The notes beneath the pieces were generated by a model that was not told the origin of the DNA, did no database searches, and saw nothing but the letters and a program-made list of their open reading frames with translations. A stretch of 64,000 bases of DNA from Trypanosoma brucei (lineage: Eukaryota). The position numbers were made by a program, and so were the translations under genes. Below, piece after piece: positions 1 through 11,158 of the stretch; positions within the stretch are counted from its first letter, which is position 1, and each line of letters begins with the position of its first letter. The stretch covers positions 32,001 to 96,000 of the forward strand of contig CP000067.1 in NCBI GenBank assembly GCA_000002445.1, written 5' to 3'.

Positions 1-425
1 TTCCTCCATCACAAAGAATAGCACATAACCCATCCTGTCGTATGTCTCTCTGAAACTGTGCTAATGATACGCGGCTGCTTAATTATTTGGGCATCCTTTT
101 CTACAATGGGCAATTCAGATTTCCCTGTTTGATACTTTCTTTCTTTCCACATCATCTGTGCTATTCATGATGCTCCAAAACCTCATCAAATCGTTTACTC
201 ACTGCTTACATCATCCTCTGTCGTATCCACGAAAAGGAAATTATTCCCACATTCATTTCCTATTGGAAAGGTGAAGTCTTTTTTCCTCCACTTTCCGTGA
301 GGTCACCTTTATTTCCCCTTGTGAGTGTCAAGGAATGCTGTGCAATCGATAATTTGGGAAGATATTCCCTGTTATAAGTCCCGGCTTCCCTCACACTGAG
401 TCCGCCCATTCCTTCAAATTGTATC

Positions 426-902
426 TTACATCAAAAACATTAAAAGAATCGACTTGCTGACGGCAGCTGTCACATATCTGAGATACCACACTGTGCTTCG
501 TTGGAGTTCTATTGTGTAGATGTGCTTTCCCAATTGTATTAATAATATGTTGTCAATGTCGTGTTCCATTGCAACTACTTCCGCTGCGCGTGTCAGCAGT
601 GCTCTTCTCTTTATGGGATGTTCTATCATTACGTATGGTCTTTTCAGTATGGTGTCATTTTCCGCTTTGTGGTAATGGCTATGAACTTCTTCCCCTTTCC
701 TCCAGAGGTTCCTCCCTATGACTTTTCTCACACTGGCAATATCCTTTTCCCAGTTGATAATTACGCATCGTGCGATTCTTTGGGTATCGCTTTTGAATTT
801 CTTTGAAAGTTTCCCTCCAAACCCACTATTGAGGCTTGCTTTTCGTATGAGTGTGGTATAACATTTTCCTTTTTGGGGAGCTGTATAATTTCTTTTTGCC
901 AT
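426..902 (-). CDS. Unassigned 158-aa ORF with a true ATG start, basic and His-rich. Function unknown; possibly a gene or retroelement remnant in the 3' flank of the RHS cluster.
   Basis: ATG-initiated ORF on the same strand as all other genes. Coding-like composition versus the AT-rich surroundings. No recognisable motifs. Confidence 0.15.
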   Translation of the reverse strand: MAKRNYTAPQKGKCYTTLIRKASLNSGFGGKLSKKFKSDTQRIARCVIINWEKDIASVRKVIGRNLWRKGEEVHSHYHKAENDTILKRPYVMIEHPIKRRALLTRAAEVVAMEHDIDNILLIQLGKHIYTIELQRSTVWYLRYVTAAVSKSILLMFLM

Positions 903-2906
903 CGCATGGCTGGGTGTAATTCAGGTCACTACTCATATTGCAACTGGATACCACTCTGGACGGAACTTCCTGCAAGATATTATCGAATCCCCATTACAAC
1001 ATGTGTTGTGTTTGTTTGATGGGTTCACCTGTTACCGTATTGTAAAGACGGACCCAAAAACAACATCCGCGTCGGTGTGTCCAATAGAAATGATGGAAGA
1101 ACTCTCCTGTACTGAAATGGCAATGCTCTTTGCTAGTCGTAAACTTACAACAACAAATAGAAGTGTAGTTGCATCCTATGCTGGCATGCGGTAATGATTT
1201 TCTGCCAATGCATAAAAACTCCACATGATGAATTCCCTATCGCTCACATGTTTTAGTCCTCAGCCACACTCACTTTGCTATTCTGTGGGCTCCTGAAACC
1301 AATGCCATGATGTACAGACAGCTTTGTATTTGGGAACTGCAATAAAAATAAGAATAATAATAATAACTCCTTTCACCAATGAGTTTACTATTGGTTGTAA
1401 AAGTGCTCTTGGTGTCACCCCATTATTCTTTTTTGAGTCCCCACCTGTTGAGAGCCGCTGTATTTTTTAAAAAGAGTGATGCACCGTTTTATTCCCCACC
1501 CCTTTCAGGCGACTTTCTCCCGCACAGTTGATACTTTCCCATTGTAGAATGTTTCTCAATGTGTTTCCTTTGTGAAGCTTTGGTTATGCTATAATTAAAG
1601 ACCACTCAACTCCCTGCTTCCGGGACCTGTTGTTGCATTTATTCCCCTTTAGTTGCTGCAAATTTGTTTACTTGACAAGTTGTACTGCAATACTTCACTT
1701 GACCATATGTGTAACATCGTGTCTCGTTGCTTTATTTAAAATTCAAAAAGAACACATCAGGTGATATTCTTCTGTTCTTACTTCGTACATTCACGCCTCT
1801 TCCCGTCAGTTCGGAAACTCCCACTCAAACTCACCACTCTGTGAAGATTTGTAGTTTCCGTTAGTGATGGGTGTACTGAAGTGGACATGTTTGGCACTTC
1901 AAAACTAAGTTTTTTAAACTTACACCTTCCTTCCTGCATACAGCTTCAGTGCGAGAGTAAAAGAATAGTTGAGCACCATGAGAAAACATAAGCCCAAAAC
2001 ATTCTCAACGCAAGCTTTCAATAAAAACAAACACATTAAGATGGTTTCGTGAACACATGCAGTATAGTCCCTAGCAAAGGTATTATTCACACCCAATAAA
2101 CAACTCAAACAAATAACACCACCATACATATCGCAGACATATAAGTTGCACCTGCACAAATAAATAAAGGCTGCTGTAACTCATCATGTGTAAAATATTA
2201 TGAGCACAAAAACACAAATGTCCTTGATCTTCCATAAATGTATAGCACAATATTATTTTGCATTATCATCGGAAAAAAAATGTATATTGATATATATATT
2301 CAGCCAAAAGTCAAGGGCGTGGTCTGGCCTATTATAACTGTAAATGCGTGCATGTTCTGTTATTATTGTTTCCCATTGTAAAATGAAGATACCTGAAGAT
2401 GTGAGGAAACGTCTCCATAAATGCTTATGATGCATCAAATAATTCTCTCGTAAAGAAAGGAGCGAGCAAATGCTCAGTACACGTGTCCCTATTTGTGTCT
2501 GTCAATGAAGGTCCTCTTGAGTGGAGTAAAGAAAAAACAAAGAAAAATCAAGAAGCATATGATGTAATTGGTGAGACATAATGAAATGACCCAACAAGAG
2601 GGAAAGGAAGTTACATGCCTTCACTACAGTCATACAAATAAAGCCAGACCCTTCACACTCGTTTCACAATGTTCTGTCGTATCGCTCTGTATAAACAAAA
2701 TACTAGTAGGAAAGGGAAATGTAAGAAGAGAGCAAAAAAGTATCAAATAGTTCGAGGGTTATCGACACTCAGCTACGTGGAATGATACGTATCGTCAATG
2801 TGTGTTTGAAATGCTCACCATCCTAATGAACTTACTCGTGTGTTACTTAATCCTGGGAAATACTTCTCTGTTCGCTCAAGTTACCTGACAACTCTCCTTC
2901 CGCACC

Positions 2907-4946
2907 CTATGCATTGTTACCACCTCTATTGTTAACTCCATTGTTATTGTTACCTCTTACTTGCAATTCAACGTATAGTGCAGTAATGTGGTTACTAAGA
3001 GAAACTGAGAATTGACGCACTTTCTCTCTCCAAAATCTTTCCTCAACCTTATTATTTTGTCCTTCACCTTCGATTGTCCCCTCACAACATTGTGGCTTCG
3101 TAATTTTTTCACTGTCAACCCTTTGGACATATATTATTTCCCATACCATATCATTGGAAAAATTGTCCCAATGTTTGAAGTAACTTCGCAAATACTTCTT
3201 CATCTTAAATAACCCACTGGTGCTGCAGTATTGTTTATCGGAAATTGTGAATTGTAGTCCCACAAAAGTCTTCTGGTTCTCAACAAAAAAAAACGCATCA
3301 ACAACTGGGAAATTTCCTGATTGCGGCTTGCACAAAATCATGTATTGAATTTCAGTTCCAGCTACAATTGGAACATCCTCAGGAACCACAATCGAAGGAC
3401 CAATGAGTCTTGGTTCTTGCAGCACCTGCAGCACACTTTGTGGAATTTGATCCTCAGAAAGTGAGAGGCCCCGTAACTCCTTTGCCAGCTCAATTAGTGC
3501 ATCCTCATGTGACAATACTTCAATGCCACTCTGCTTGAAACGATAAGCAGCAAGGGTACGGTTAGACAGCAGTTCAGATACTAAAGCAGACTTTTCCTGT
3601 ATAAAAGGTTTCAGTCGATCTGAAATAGCTTCCCCCGTGCAAGATGAAAGTGGCTTGCAGCGATACGTATCACACAGGAGAAAATCCTCTTCCTTCACTC
3701 GAACAACCATCACCAACTTGTGTGATGCTTCATGTGTTTCCCAAAAGGCTCGGTTTCGAATAACGGAACGAAAATACTCAGTATCTCCACGTTCAAGTTT
3801 CAAAATAGTATTTTGCATTGCTTGAGCACGCTTTTCGTACGAACGTAAATCAACAATGTGACAAAGCAGTGGACCAACGATACGAATGCGAGCTTGAATT
3901 TCTTGCCATTCTCTTTCAATTTTCTCTTTCGCATCTGAAGGACTCCACTTGTAAGCAGGAGCAATTTTCCCCCACCTCGATATGTGTATGGCTTCCAAAT
4001 CCTTCAATGTGTCACAGTTTATGTAAATATGTGTGGCGCCGTTTTGCTTGGACCATTCATGGAATTGTCTGGCGTCTGGAAAACTCAAAGCAATACCGGA
4101 AAAATCAACAGGTGGTTTCACTGGAGCATGATGGTCCTTGTCCACGACGAATATAAGGTATCCCTTGATATCCTCTGCGCCACATGAATCTCTGACTATA
4201 TGGTCAATATATGTTGAAGCTTGCTCATAATTACTGTAAAACGTAACATATCCTGCTCGACCGCCTTTGGGTTTATGAAACACATACGCCTTACCCCTCA
4301 CAACGTATATGATAATCTGAAGTTGACTCGATTCATAATGCAGTAGTTTGTATAACAGAAAGGGTGCTGTGGAAAACGATTTACCAATACCAGGTGTACC
4401 AATAAGAACATGAAACATCGGGTTGACAGTCACTTCACCCATAAGCCACTTGTTAAGCCGTTCCTCAACCTTATGCCACACCCTCAGTGTTTCCCTGCGG
4501 ATATAAACATCACTTTTAAAAACATACTCCACACCCTTCTTGTGATTGATATCATAATCTTTTTCTTGTGGTTGGAAAGACGTGTATGGCCAACCCACTT
4601 GAGATGTGAGCACAGCAATCTCCAAGTTACCGTGACGAGGAAGAGGTTCGTTCATAGTTTCCAGAGTGTGACTGACATCAACCTCCTCCTTCGTCCACAT
4701 GCGCGGTGGCCTTCCATCGAACACTTTCATTCCAAGTGGCTCTTCATTATAACCCGACATTACATAGCTCCACGTCGCATTATAAATGTAATCGTATAAT
4801 TTCTCTTCGAGAGACTTGCCCTTTCCGGTTTCTGATGGGTTCTCGTTTTCTCGGCTGGCTTGTCTCTTCATTGGGCGGTACGCACCATTCAACCATCCAT
4901 TTAAAATATTCCGAGTATCTCCTACACTACCGCCGTTCTGATTCAT
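2907..4946 (-). CDS. RHS: Retrotransposon hot spot (RHS) family protein, 679 aa. This form lacks the N-terminal RHS domain and has a P-loop NTPase motif.
   Basis: True ATG start at 4944-4946. Walker-A-like GTPGIGKSF. Strong similarity to the other RHS members in the window (SYVMSGY..EPLGMKVFDGRP..WPY..YIRRE..RVW, C-terminal GNFPVVDAFFFV..WE(I/M)IYxQ). The first ~50 codons are identical to gene 17436-19463. Confidence 0.85.
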   Translation of the reverse strand: MNQNGGSVGDTRNILNGWLNGAYRPMKRQASRENENPSETGKGKSLEEKLYDYIYNATWSYVMSGYNEEPLGMKVFDGRPPRMWTKEEVDVSHTLETMNEPLPRHGNLEIAVLTSQVGWPYTSFQPQEKDYDINHKKGVEYVFKSDVYIRRETLRVWHKVEERLNKWLMGEVTVNPMFHVLIGTPGIGKSFSTAPFLLYKLLHYESSQLQIIIYVVRGKAYVFHKPKGGRAGYVTFYSNYEQASTYIDHIVRDSCGAEDIKGYLIFVVDKDHHAPVKPPVDFSGIALSFPDARQFHEWSKQNGATHIYINCDTLKDLEAIHISRWGKIAPAYKWSPSDAKEKIEREWQEIQARIRIVGPLLCHIVDLRSYEKRAQAMQNTILKLERGDTEYFRSVIRNRAFWETHEASHKLVMVVRVKEEDFLLCDTYRCKPLSSCTGEAISDRLKPFIQEKSALVSELLSNRTLAAYRFKQSGIEVLSHEDALIELAKELRGLSLSEDQIPQSVLQVLQEPRLIGPSIVVPEDVPIVAGTEIQYMILCKPQSGNFPVVDAFFFVENQKTFVGLQFTISDKQYCSTSGLFKMKKYLRSYFKHWDNFSNDMVWEIIYVQRVDSEKITKPQCCEGTIEGEGQNNKVEERFWREKVRQFSVSLSNHITALYVELQVRGNNNNGVNNRGGNNA

Positions 4947-5390
4947 TTCACTGTCCGAATAATAGCCTTAATTGAGTGTGTTGTGTTATTTCCTTTCTTT
5001 GTAACATAAATTAAAAAAAGAGATTAAAAATAGGGGAATATAAAAAGATACACTTCTAAACCAAATTACAATCAATGAATATTAGGAATTAATATGGAAG
5101 ATGAAAACTATTTATTGAAATTAGGATTCAATACAAATCTTATCATGTGTTGGGGTGTCACAGCAACTTAAGCACAAATAAGGTATGACAGTATGAATAA
5201 ACATTTCTGTTGGGAGTAAAACTCAAACAACAATTCCCAGTTACTGCACACAATCATTTCAGAAAAAATAATATACTTACATATATATGGGTATGGAAAA
5301 GCAAAAAAAATAAATAAATGTGGCATTGCCATGAAAAACAGCATATAATAGCTTTACTGATAAGCTATGCAAAACGTAGAATACTCGGTT
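4947..5390 (-). repeat. Conserved ~440 bp RHS 5' flank module, copy A (5'UTR plus a polypyrimidine/AG splice-acceptor region).
   Basis: Almost identical to 19464-19907 and ~90% identical to 10103-10490. Each copy sits directly upstream of an RHS start codon. Confidence 0.75.
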
Positions 5391-6290
5391 GCATACAAAA
5401 TAGTAAGTGCCTTACTTACCTTACAAAATTAAAAAAATACTAAAAGTAACGATAAATATAAAACATTATCTTCACAATTCAAAACAGACGCGTATTAAGC
5501 AAGAGAAAATAATGCATATAATCTCATACATATGTGACGATGAGTTTTACATATGATAATACAAATGTGTCACATCATATGGGTATTGCATGCAGTACAA
5601 TTTAAAGGAAGTGTAACTCATATAACATTTTCAAAAAAAAAGGTATTGAATGGTTGTTTGCTACCATCAATTACATTTCCAACGCCTGATTACACTTTTA
5701 TATGCATGAAGGAAGTTACTGATCATAACTTTGACATGCTCGAGAATTCATAACACAAAGCGACTGCTGCATGCAATAAAAAATAAAAATAAAAATAACA
5801 TCCGAATTAATTTACTGACAGATGAGTGCAATTCATTCATCCAAACTTCATAGCTGTAAACATAAACTCGCTGTTGCCAATAGGAAATAATCCCGCATAA
5901 ATATTGAGTATCTGAAAATGATAGCAACGGGTTTCCATTTTTGAAATATATGCATAAAATACATGAGGTATATGAAGCCATATTGGTAAAGTGTCACTAC
6001 ACATGTTGCAATTTACTATCAGAAGTGTCTGCCTTATTTTATTTCTTGTGTTACTGTAACTCATGAGTATTATTCATTATTCTGTACAATACAACTGTAA
6101 GTCATTTTGCATTTTTACATATTTTATTATTCTCTCATACTGGAAGTGTTCCACATATAAGATTCCTCAATATCGTTCACAAAATAAAAATAATTTCATT
6201 TCCTTCTGCATTCAGTTTCTCGTGTAGCAGTGTGTACAGTAATCATCCATAAAGTCTTTAATTTGCCAAATACATCATTACGAAACTATT

Positions 6291-6330
6291 TTCATACACA
6301 AACACAAACACAAACAAATAAACAACCAAA
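6291..6330. repeat. CA/CAAA-rich microsatellite-like tract (acacaaacacaaacacaaacaaataaacaaccaaac).
   Basis: Read directly from the sequence. Confidence 0.8.
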
Positions 6331-7135
6331 CATTTTTAAATGTTGCTGTGAAACGGAAATTTAATCACGGAAAATTGTGGGGCGCACACGTAATGGGCAC
6401 CATGAATGCCTCTTTGAATATTCCTCAATGGATTTTCACCAGCATCATCAACTTACTTTTTGTGTAAAAAAATAATAGAAACAAGACAGAACAGAAAAAA
6501 GAAATAAAGGTACAAATGCATTAATAAACCCAACTCCTCAGCAGGAAATCAAGAACAGGAAGTCACGAAAAGCGTATGGCACATATGATTTTCACCTCTC
6601 AGTTACTTAAGGTGGATCGCATGATTTACCCACCTTCTAAGAACACACCCTCCGAGAGGCCCGATTAAAAGAAAAAAAAACGCTATGACGGTTGAAAAGA
6701 CGTTTTTCATAAACCTTCACTTTATACGTGAGGATGCATAAATAAACAGTGATAACGATGAGAATGCTAACGGAAACAATGACGAACCGTGAGGATTCTA
6801 GAAAAAAAACACATACTTTTACATTAAGGAAACTTAATAAACAACAAAATATAAATATTCCCTACACAGAGGTATAGGGGGTGTTCGCCAACTTTGCAAC
6901 GTTGGCCAAAAAGTATTTAAATGTATCGATCATTCGTGTAGTCAATCAAATAAGAAGTAACATGTACTACACGCACAAAAGCACACTTATAAAGCCTACA
7001 AACCCACTTGCCCCCTTTTAGAGAATACCACTCTCTCGTCAGTGATAAGAGAGGTGATATTAAAAGTATTCCCTTTATAATTATTTCTGGTTCCTCAATT
7101 CGTTGCAACATAACATAACATGCAAAGATGTCGCA

Positions 7136-10102
7136 TCAGGCAGCGGGGCCACCAGCAATAGCGTTTGGTTCATCCTGGGTGATCTCCTTAACAATATCCT
7201 TTTCCATCTTCACTTGAAACTGGTTGATTCTATTCCACAACTCTGTAGTATAATCGCCTCTGCCCCCAACTGGTTCGCACTTCTGCCTCTCCTCGATTGG
7301 CTTGCTGTCACTGTACTGTATGTAAATCAGCTCCCATTTCAAGTTTATTGCGAGCTCATCCCATTCACCAAACAATTGTTTCATTGCCTTGATAAACTTA
7401 TCTACCTTCGTTCGTGTCGTGTGATGCGTTGGTGCCACTGTCGTCTGGAGCAGAACAATTGTTGTTGTAATGATCGCTCTTCCTTCTGTATCAACAGCTG
7501 GCTCAGTTACAAAGAAAAAGGCGTCCACAACGGGGAAATTTCCCTGTGCAGGTCGGTAGAAGCACCCGACCTCGATGTCTTGGCCTGTCGTTTCGGGGTA
7601 AATATGACGAAGTGAAGTTGGAACACGTCCCACGGCATTACCACTTGCCAGAACGGATACATTTGAATCCATTTCTTCTCCAACGCGAGGGAGATACCGC
7701 AGGTGCGTCACAATCGTCTGCACAACATTTCCCATCGTGAAGGCATATACGCCCACATTTTCAAATTCATCAGCGGCCTGCTCTTTTTTCCCACGAAAAC
7801 CCTTTCGAAGGTAATTGTCTCGCATACATGCTGTGTCCGCCCACACTCTCAATTTCTGCTCAATATCAATGGAAACAGCTCTGTTTCTGCATTCTTCTCC
7901 ATTCTCAGTTACAACCCGGACCAATTTAGCCAACCTGTATGTAGTCCCGTCCTCGCGCCATTCAACTTGACCATTCAGCACCTGCATATAGTAACCATCA
8001 TCGCCTCTACTGATTTCTGCCAGTGCCTCATTTATTTCTCTAACGCGGCCCTTGTAGCGTTCGTCACCTTCCAGTACGTGGCGGGCAGTGGGCCCACCTT
8101 CTTAATCCATCCTTATATTTTCTGCCATTCATTCTCAAGGTTTATGATGTGAGCTTCGGTGATTTTACTTTCCTCCAACTTCGACAGCCGCCTCCACGCA
8201 ACCGCAGCCTTCAGTTCCACCTCTTCATAGCAATTGATGCAAAGGAACTCGCAACCCCGTGGTTCCTTCCACTCTTTGTAGTTATTTGGATCTGGAGATG
8301 TCAACACAATTACGGGCCACGTTTCCGGCAAGTCTGCGGGTATGGGTTGGTGCCTGTCTTTCGAAAAGTCGTATATAATATAACCAAGAAGCCATTCGTC
8401 AGCCAAGGCATTGACAGCATCCACTCCATCATTTTCTTTTTCATAGAATACAACCCTTCCCGGATGATCGTTTGTCGCCATGAAGAAAATATATGCCCTA
8501 CCCTTCACAAAATAAGCGATAATCCGCAACAGCTCCGAATCGTAATGCAGCAACCCTTGGAGCAGGATTTTTTTTTAGAATTTTCTTCGTGCCTTCGTGA
8601 GAGTTTCCCCCCACTGGCGCGGCCATCAGCCATCACCGTAGAGCCCTGAGATGCTATCGGTCTGGCGACTGTGGCAGAGTCTCCCTTTTTTATTCATCCT
8701 AACACACCCTCTATAATTTTTGTTGTATTTCCGCATATGAACGGAATACAGCAGATGGGGCGAGAAGCCTCCCACCCTGGACTCTCCCAAAGATGCCAAT
8801 TGGCAATCCTTTTTTGGAGGTCCACATCACCGGACAGCAGCATCTTAGTGCGGATGATACTGCTGATGGCACGCTGGCACGTGCCCAGGGACCGACAAAT
8901 GAAAAACGGTGTCCCAGCAAGACGCTGCTGATCCCTGTGCTGTATGATGCCGTAGCCGGAGCACAGCAGTGTTCCCCATGAAAGGAACGCTGCTGGCTCT
9001 TGGCTTCCCCCGATGATACGGGGTACTGGACCCTGGCACCACGTTGAGGTGGCCGGCATCGCCAGGGTTGGAGCAGGAACGAGCCAACACCAACTGATTT
9101 CCCAATACCTGCAGTGCCGACGAGGACGCAAGGAATCTGTTTTTCGATCAGCCCTGACTCCAGCCACAAATCCAGCCTCTGCTTCACAAGATACCACACT
9201 CTCATTACCTCTCGACGAATGTACACATCCAGGTCAAACACGTAGTCTCCTGGTTTTTCCGCATCCTCTTGAATTACACTTCGCGGAATGCGGAAACGAT
9301 GATATGGCCAACCCTTCTGTGAGGTGAGCACAGCAATCTCTAAATTACCACGTCAAGGCAGTGGGTCGCACAAATCGTAAGGCGTTTTACTGACATTCAC
9401 CTCCTCTTCTGTCCACAGCTCAGGCTCGCCGTCACAATTACCCACCACCTTCAGGCCAAGAGGTAAATCATTGTGACCCGACTCCACATAACCCCACGTC
9501 GCGCTATAAATGGAGTCGTATACTCCTTTCAGTTCGGCACCACCAGCTGTTTGAGCAGCTCCTCCCAATGCTTCATCGAGTGCATTATTCAACATGTTAG
9601 TGACAATAATTCAAGTCTGCTCTCCATTTCTCAGTCCACGAATATTCACCTGTAACCTGGCCTTTACTTCCTCATTTGCTTGTTTCCAGCGCACGAGATT
9701 CAATATTCCCTCATTCTCATAAAAACCATAGACGCTGACAAAACGTTTGTACACTTGATACTCTGTTGTCGCGAATATTCGATTGAGCGCATTAACGTCA
9801 TTAATATACTCTTCACATCGTTGTACAAACACAGATATTGATACATTATTTTCTTCTTTCACATTGTATCTTGTGCCAAAATTACTTCTCAAAAAATCAT
9901 TCAACATCACATTTCCAGGATGTGGCAGACCATTCAGCAAAACTGCTTCAATGCAGCTGAAAAGTCTCCATTGTGGTTGGTTGTTATTCTCCACTCGTTG
10001 CTGCACTGCTGGAGGTTCCGCATCGTTACGCGCAGCCTCCTCACGCTCTCGTCTCCTTCCCTCAATGTCACCCCTTCCTTCAATAGGAACCTGTTGATTC
10101 AT
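7136..10102 (-). pseudogene. RHS: Degenerate RHS pseudogene. The N-terminal, P-loop, middle and C-terminal RHS regions are split across at least five reading-frame pieces, and it is interrupted by a RIME element.
   Basis: Track ORFs 9611-10102 (N-terminal domain, ATG start), 9353-9595, 8711-9331 (GTAGIGKS P-loop), 8113-8553 and 7136-7987 (C-terminal GNFPVVDAFFFV) are co-linear with intact RHS genes but lie in different frames. Confidence 0.8.
8565..9067 (-). mobile_element. RIME-type (ingi-derived) non-LTR retroposon, ~503 bp including poly(A), inserted in frame into the RHS pseudogene just downstream of the P-loop.
   Basis: Minus-strand 5' end reads CCCTGGCGATGCCGGCCACCTCAACGTGGTGCCAGGGTCCAGTACCCC, which matches the conserved trypanosomatid retroposon 5' signature as I recall it. 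The 3' end is an A9 tail (T9 at 8565-8573 on the plus strand). An 11 bp target-site duplication ttggagcagga lies at 8554-8564 and 9068-9078. The insert is a GC-rich ~500 bp block where intact RHS genes have only ~15 codons. Confidence 0.85.
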
Positions 10103-10490
10103 TTCACTCTCTGAATAATAATCTTAACTGAGTGCGTTGTGTTATTTCCTTTCTTTGTAATATAAATAAAGAATTAAGATGAGGGAATTTAAAATGGACA
10201 CACTTCTAAACCAAATCAAATATACAATCAATGAATATTAGGAATTAATATGGCAGGTGGAAACTATTTATTGAAATTAGGATTCAATACAAATCTTATC
10301 ATGTGTTGGGGCGCCACAGCAACTTAAGCACAGATAAGGTATGACAGTATGAATAAACATTTCTGTTGAGAGGAAAACTCAAACAACAATTCCCAGTTAC
10401 TTCACACCATCATTCCAAAAAAAATAATATACTTATATATATGTATGTATGGAAAAGCAAAAAATAAATAAATGTGGCATTGCCATGAAA
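10103..10490 (-). repeat. Conserved RHS 5' flank module, copy B (~90% identical to copies A and C), upstream of the degenerate pseudogene.
   Basis: Aligned by eye with 4947-5390 and 19464-19907. Confidence 0.7.
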
Positions 10491-11158
10491 AAAAAACAGT
10501 TTCACACGTGTGGTCCAAAAGCTGCATCAGCCAATACGATATCTTGACAGCTTGTCATGCAGTCTTGTCTCAAGAAGAAAATAAAACATTCATCTCTGCT
10601 TTCCGTTAATTGATAAATGAGATCCCATGCTGTGTTAACTCACGTCTCCATTCAAATAGTTGACTCAACGTTGTGACGAAGCAGTGACCAAAAACAATCC
10701 AAATGCAATTCCAAATTTCTTCATATTACGCTTTCAGTTTTATTACACATTTCCCCAACCATTCCGAGTACTAACAGGAATAATTTGGTTCTATCCTAAT
10801 GCATGTGCTTTCTACAGCTCTTTCATTTTGTTATGATCCGCACAAAAATTATATATGTGGTTGTTGATTCGTCCTGTCAATCAAAGTAACAATCATAATA
10901 ATTAATTTTCCCCTTTTCTTCATTTTTTCTATTAGCACATGTGCACCTTGGTGAGATCACTTTCACTCATTTGCACTGATTGGTCAACACCATTTAGTTC
11001 GTCATTCAACACACTCCCTTACATGTCCTCTTCTCACCATTTATAACCCACACGAGCAGCATCAAATATAAATTGTGAAGAGGTATGAGATCACAAGAAC
11101 TCGCTCTCATTGAGAAGGTTGGATGCGTCATATATATATATAATCATGTAATCCCTTT

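Noticed and set aside
426-902. 158-aa ORF as the reported ~160-aa ORF of a RIME element
   Set aside because: There is no flanking poly(A), no target-site duplication, and no similarity to the genuine RIME found at 8565-9067.
4947-5390. 440 bp RHS upstream module as a RIME/ingi fragment
   Set aside because: It shares no sequence with the bona fide RIME at 8565-9067. It ends in a polypyrimidine/AG context directly before the ATG, so it is better explained as a conserved 5'UTR and splice-acceptor module.
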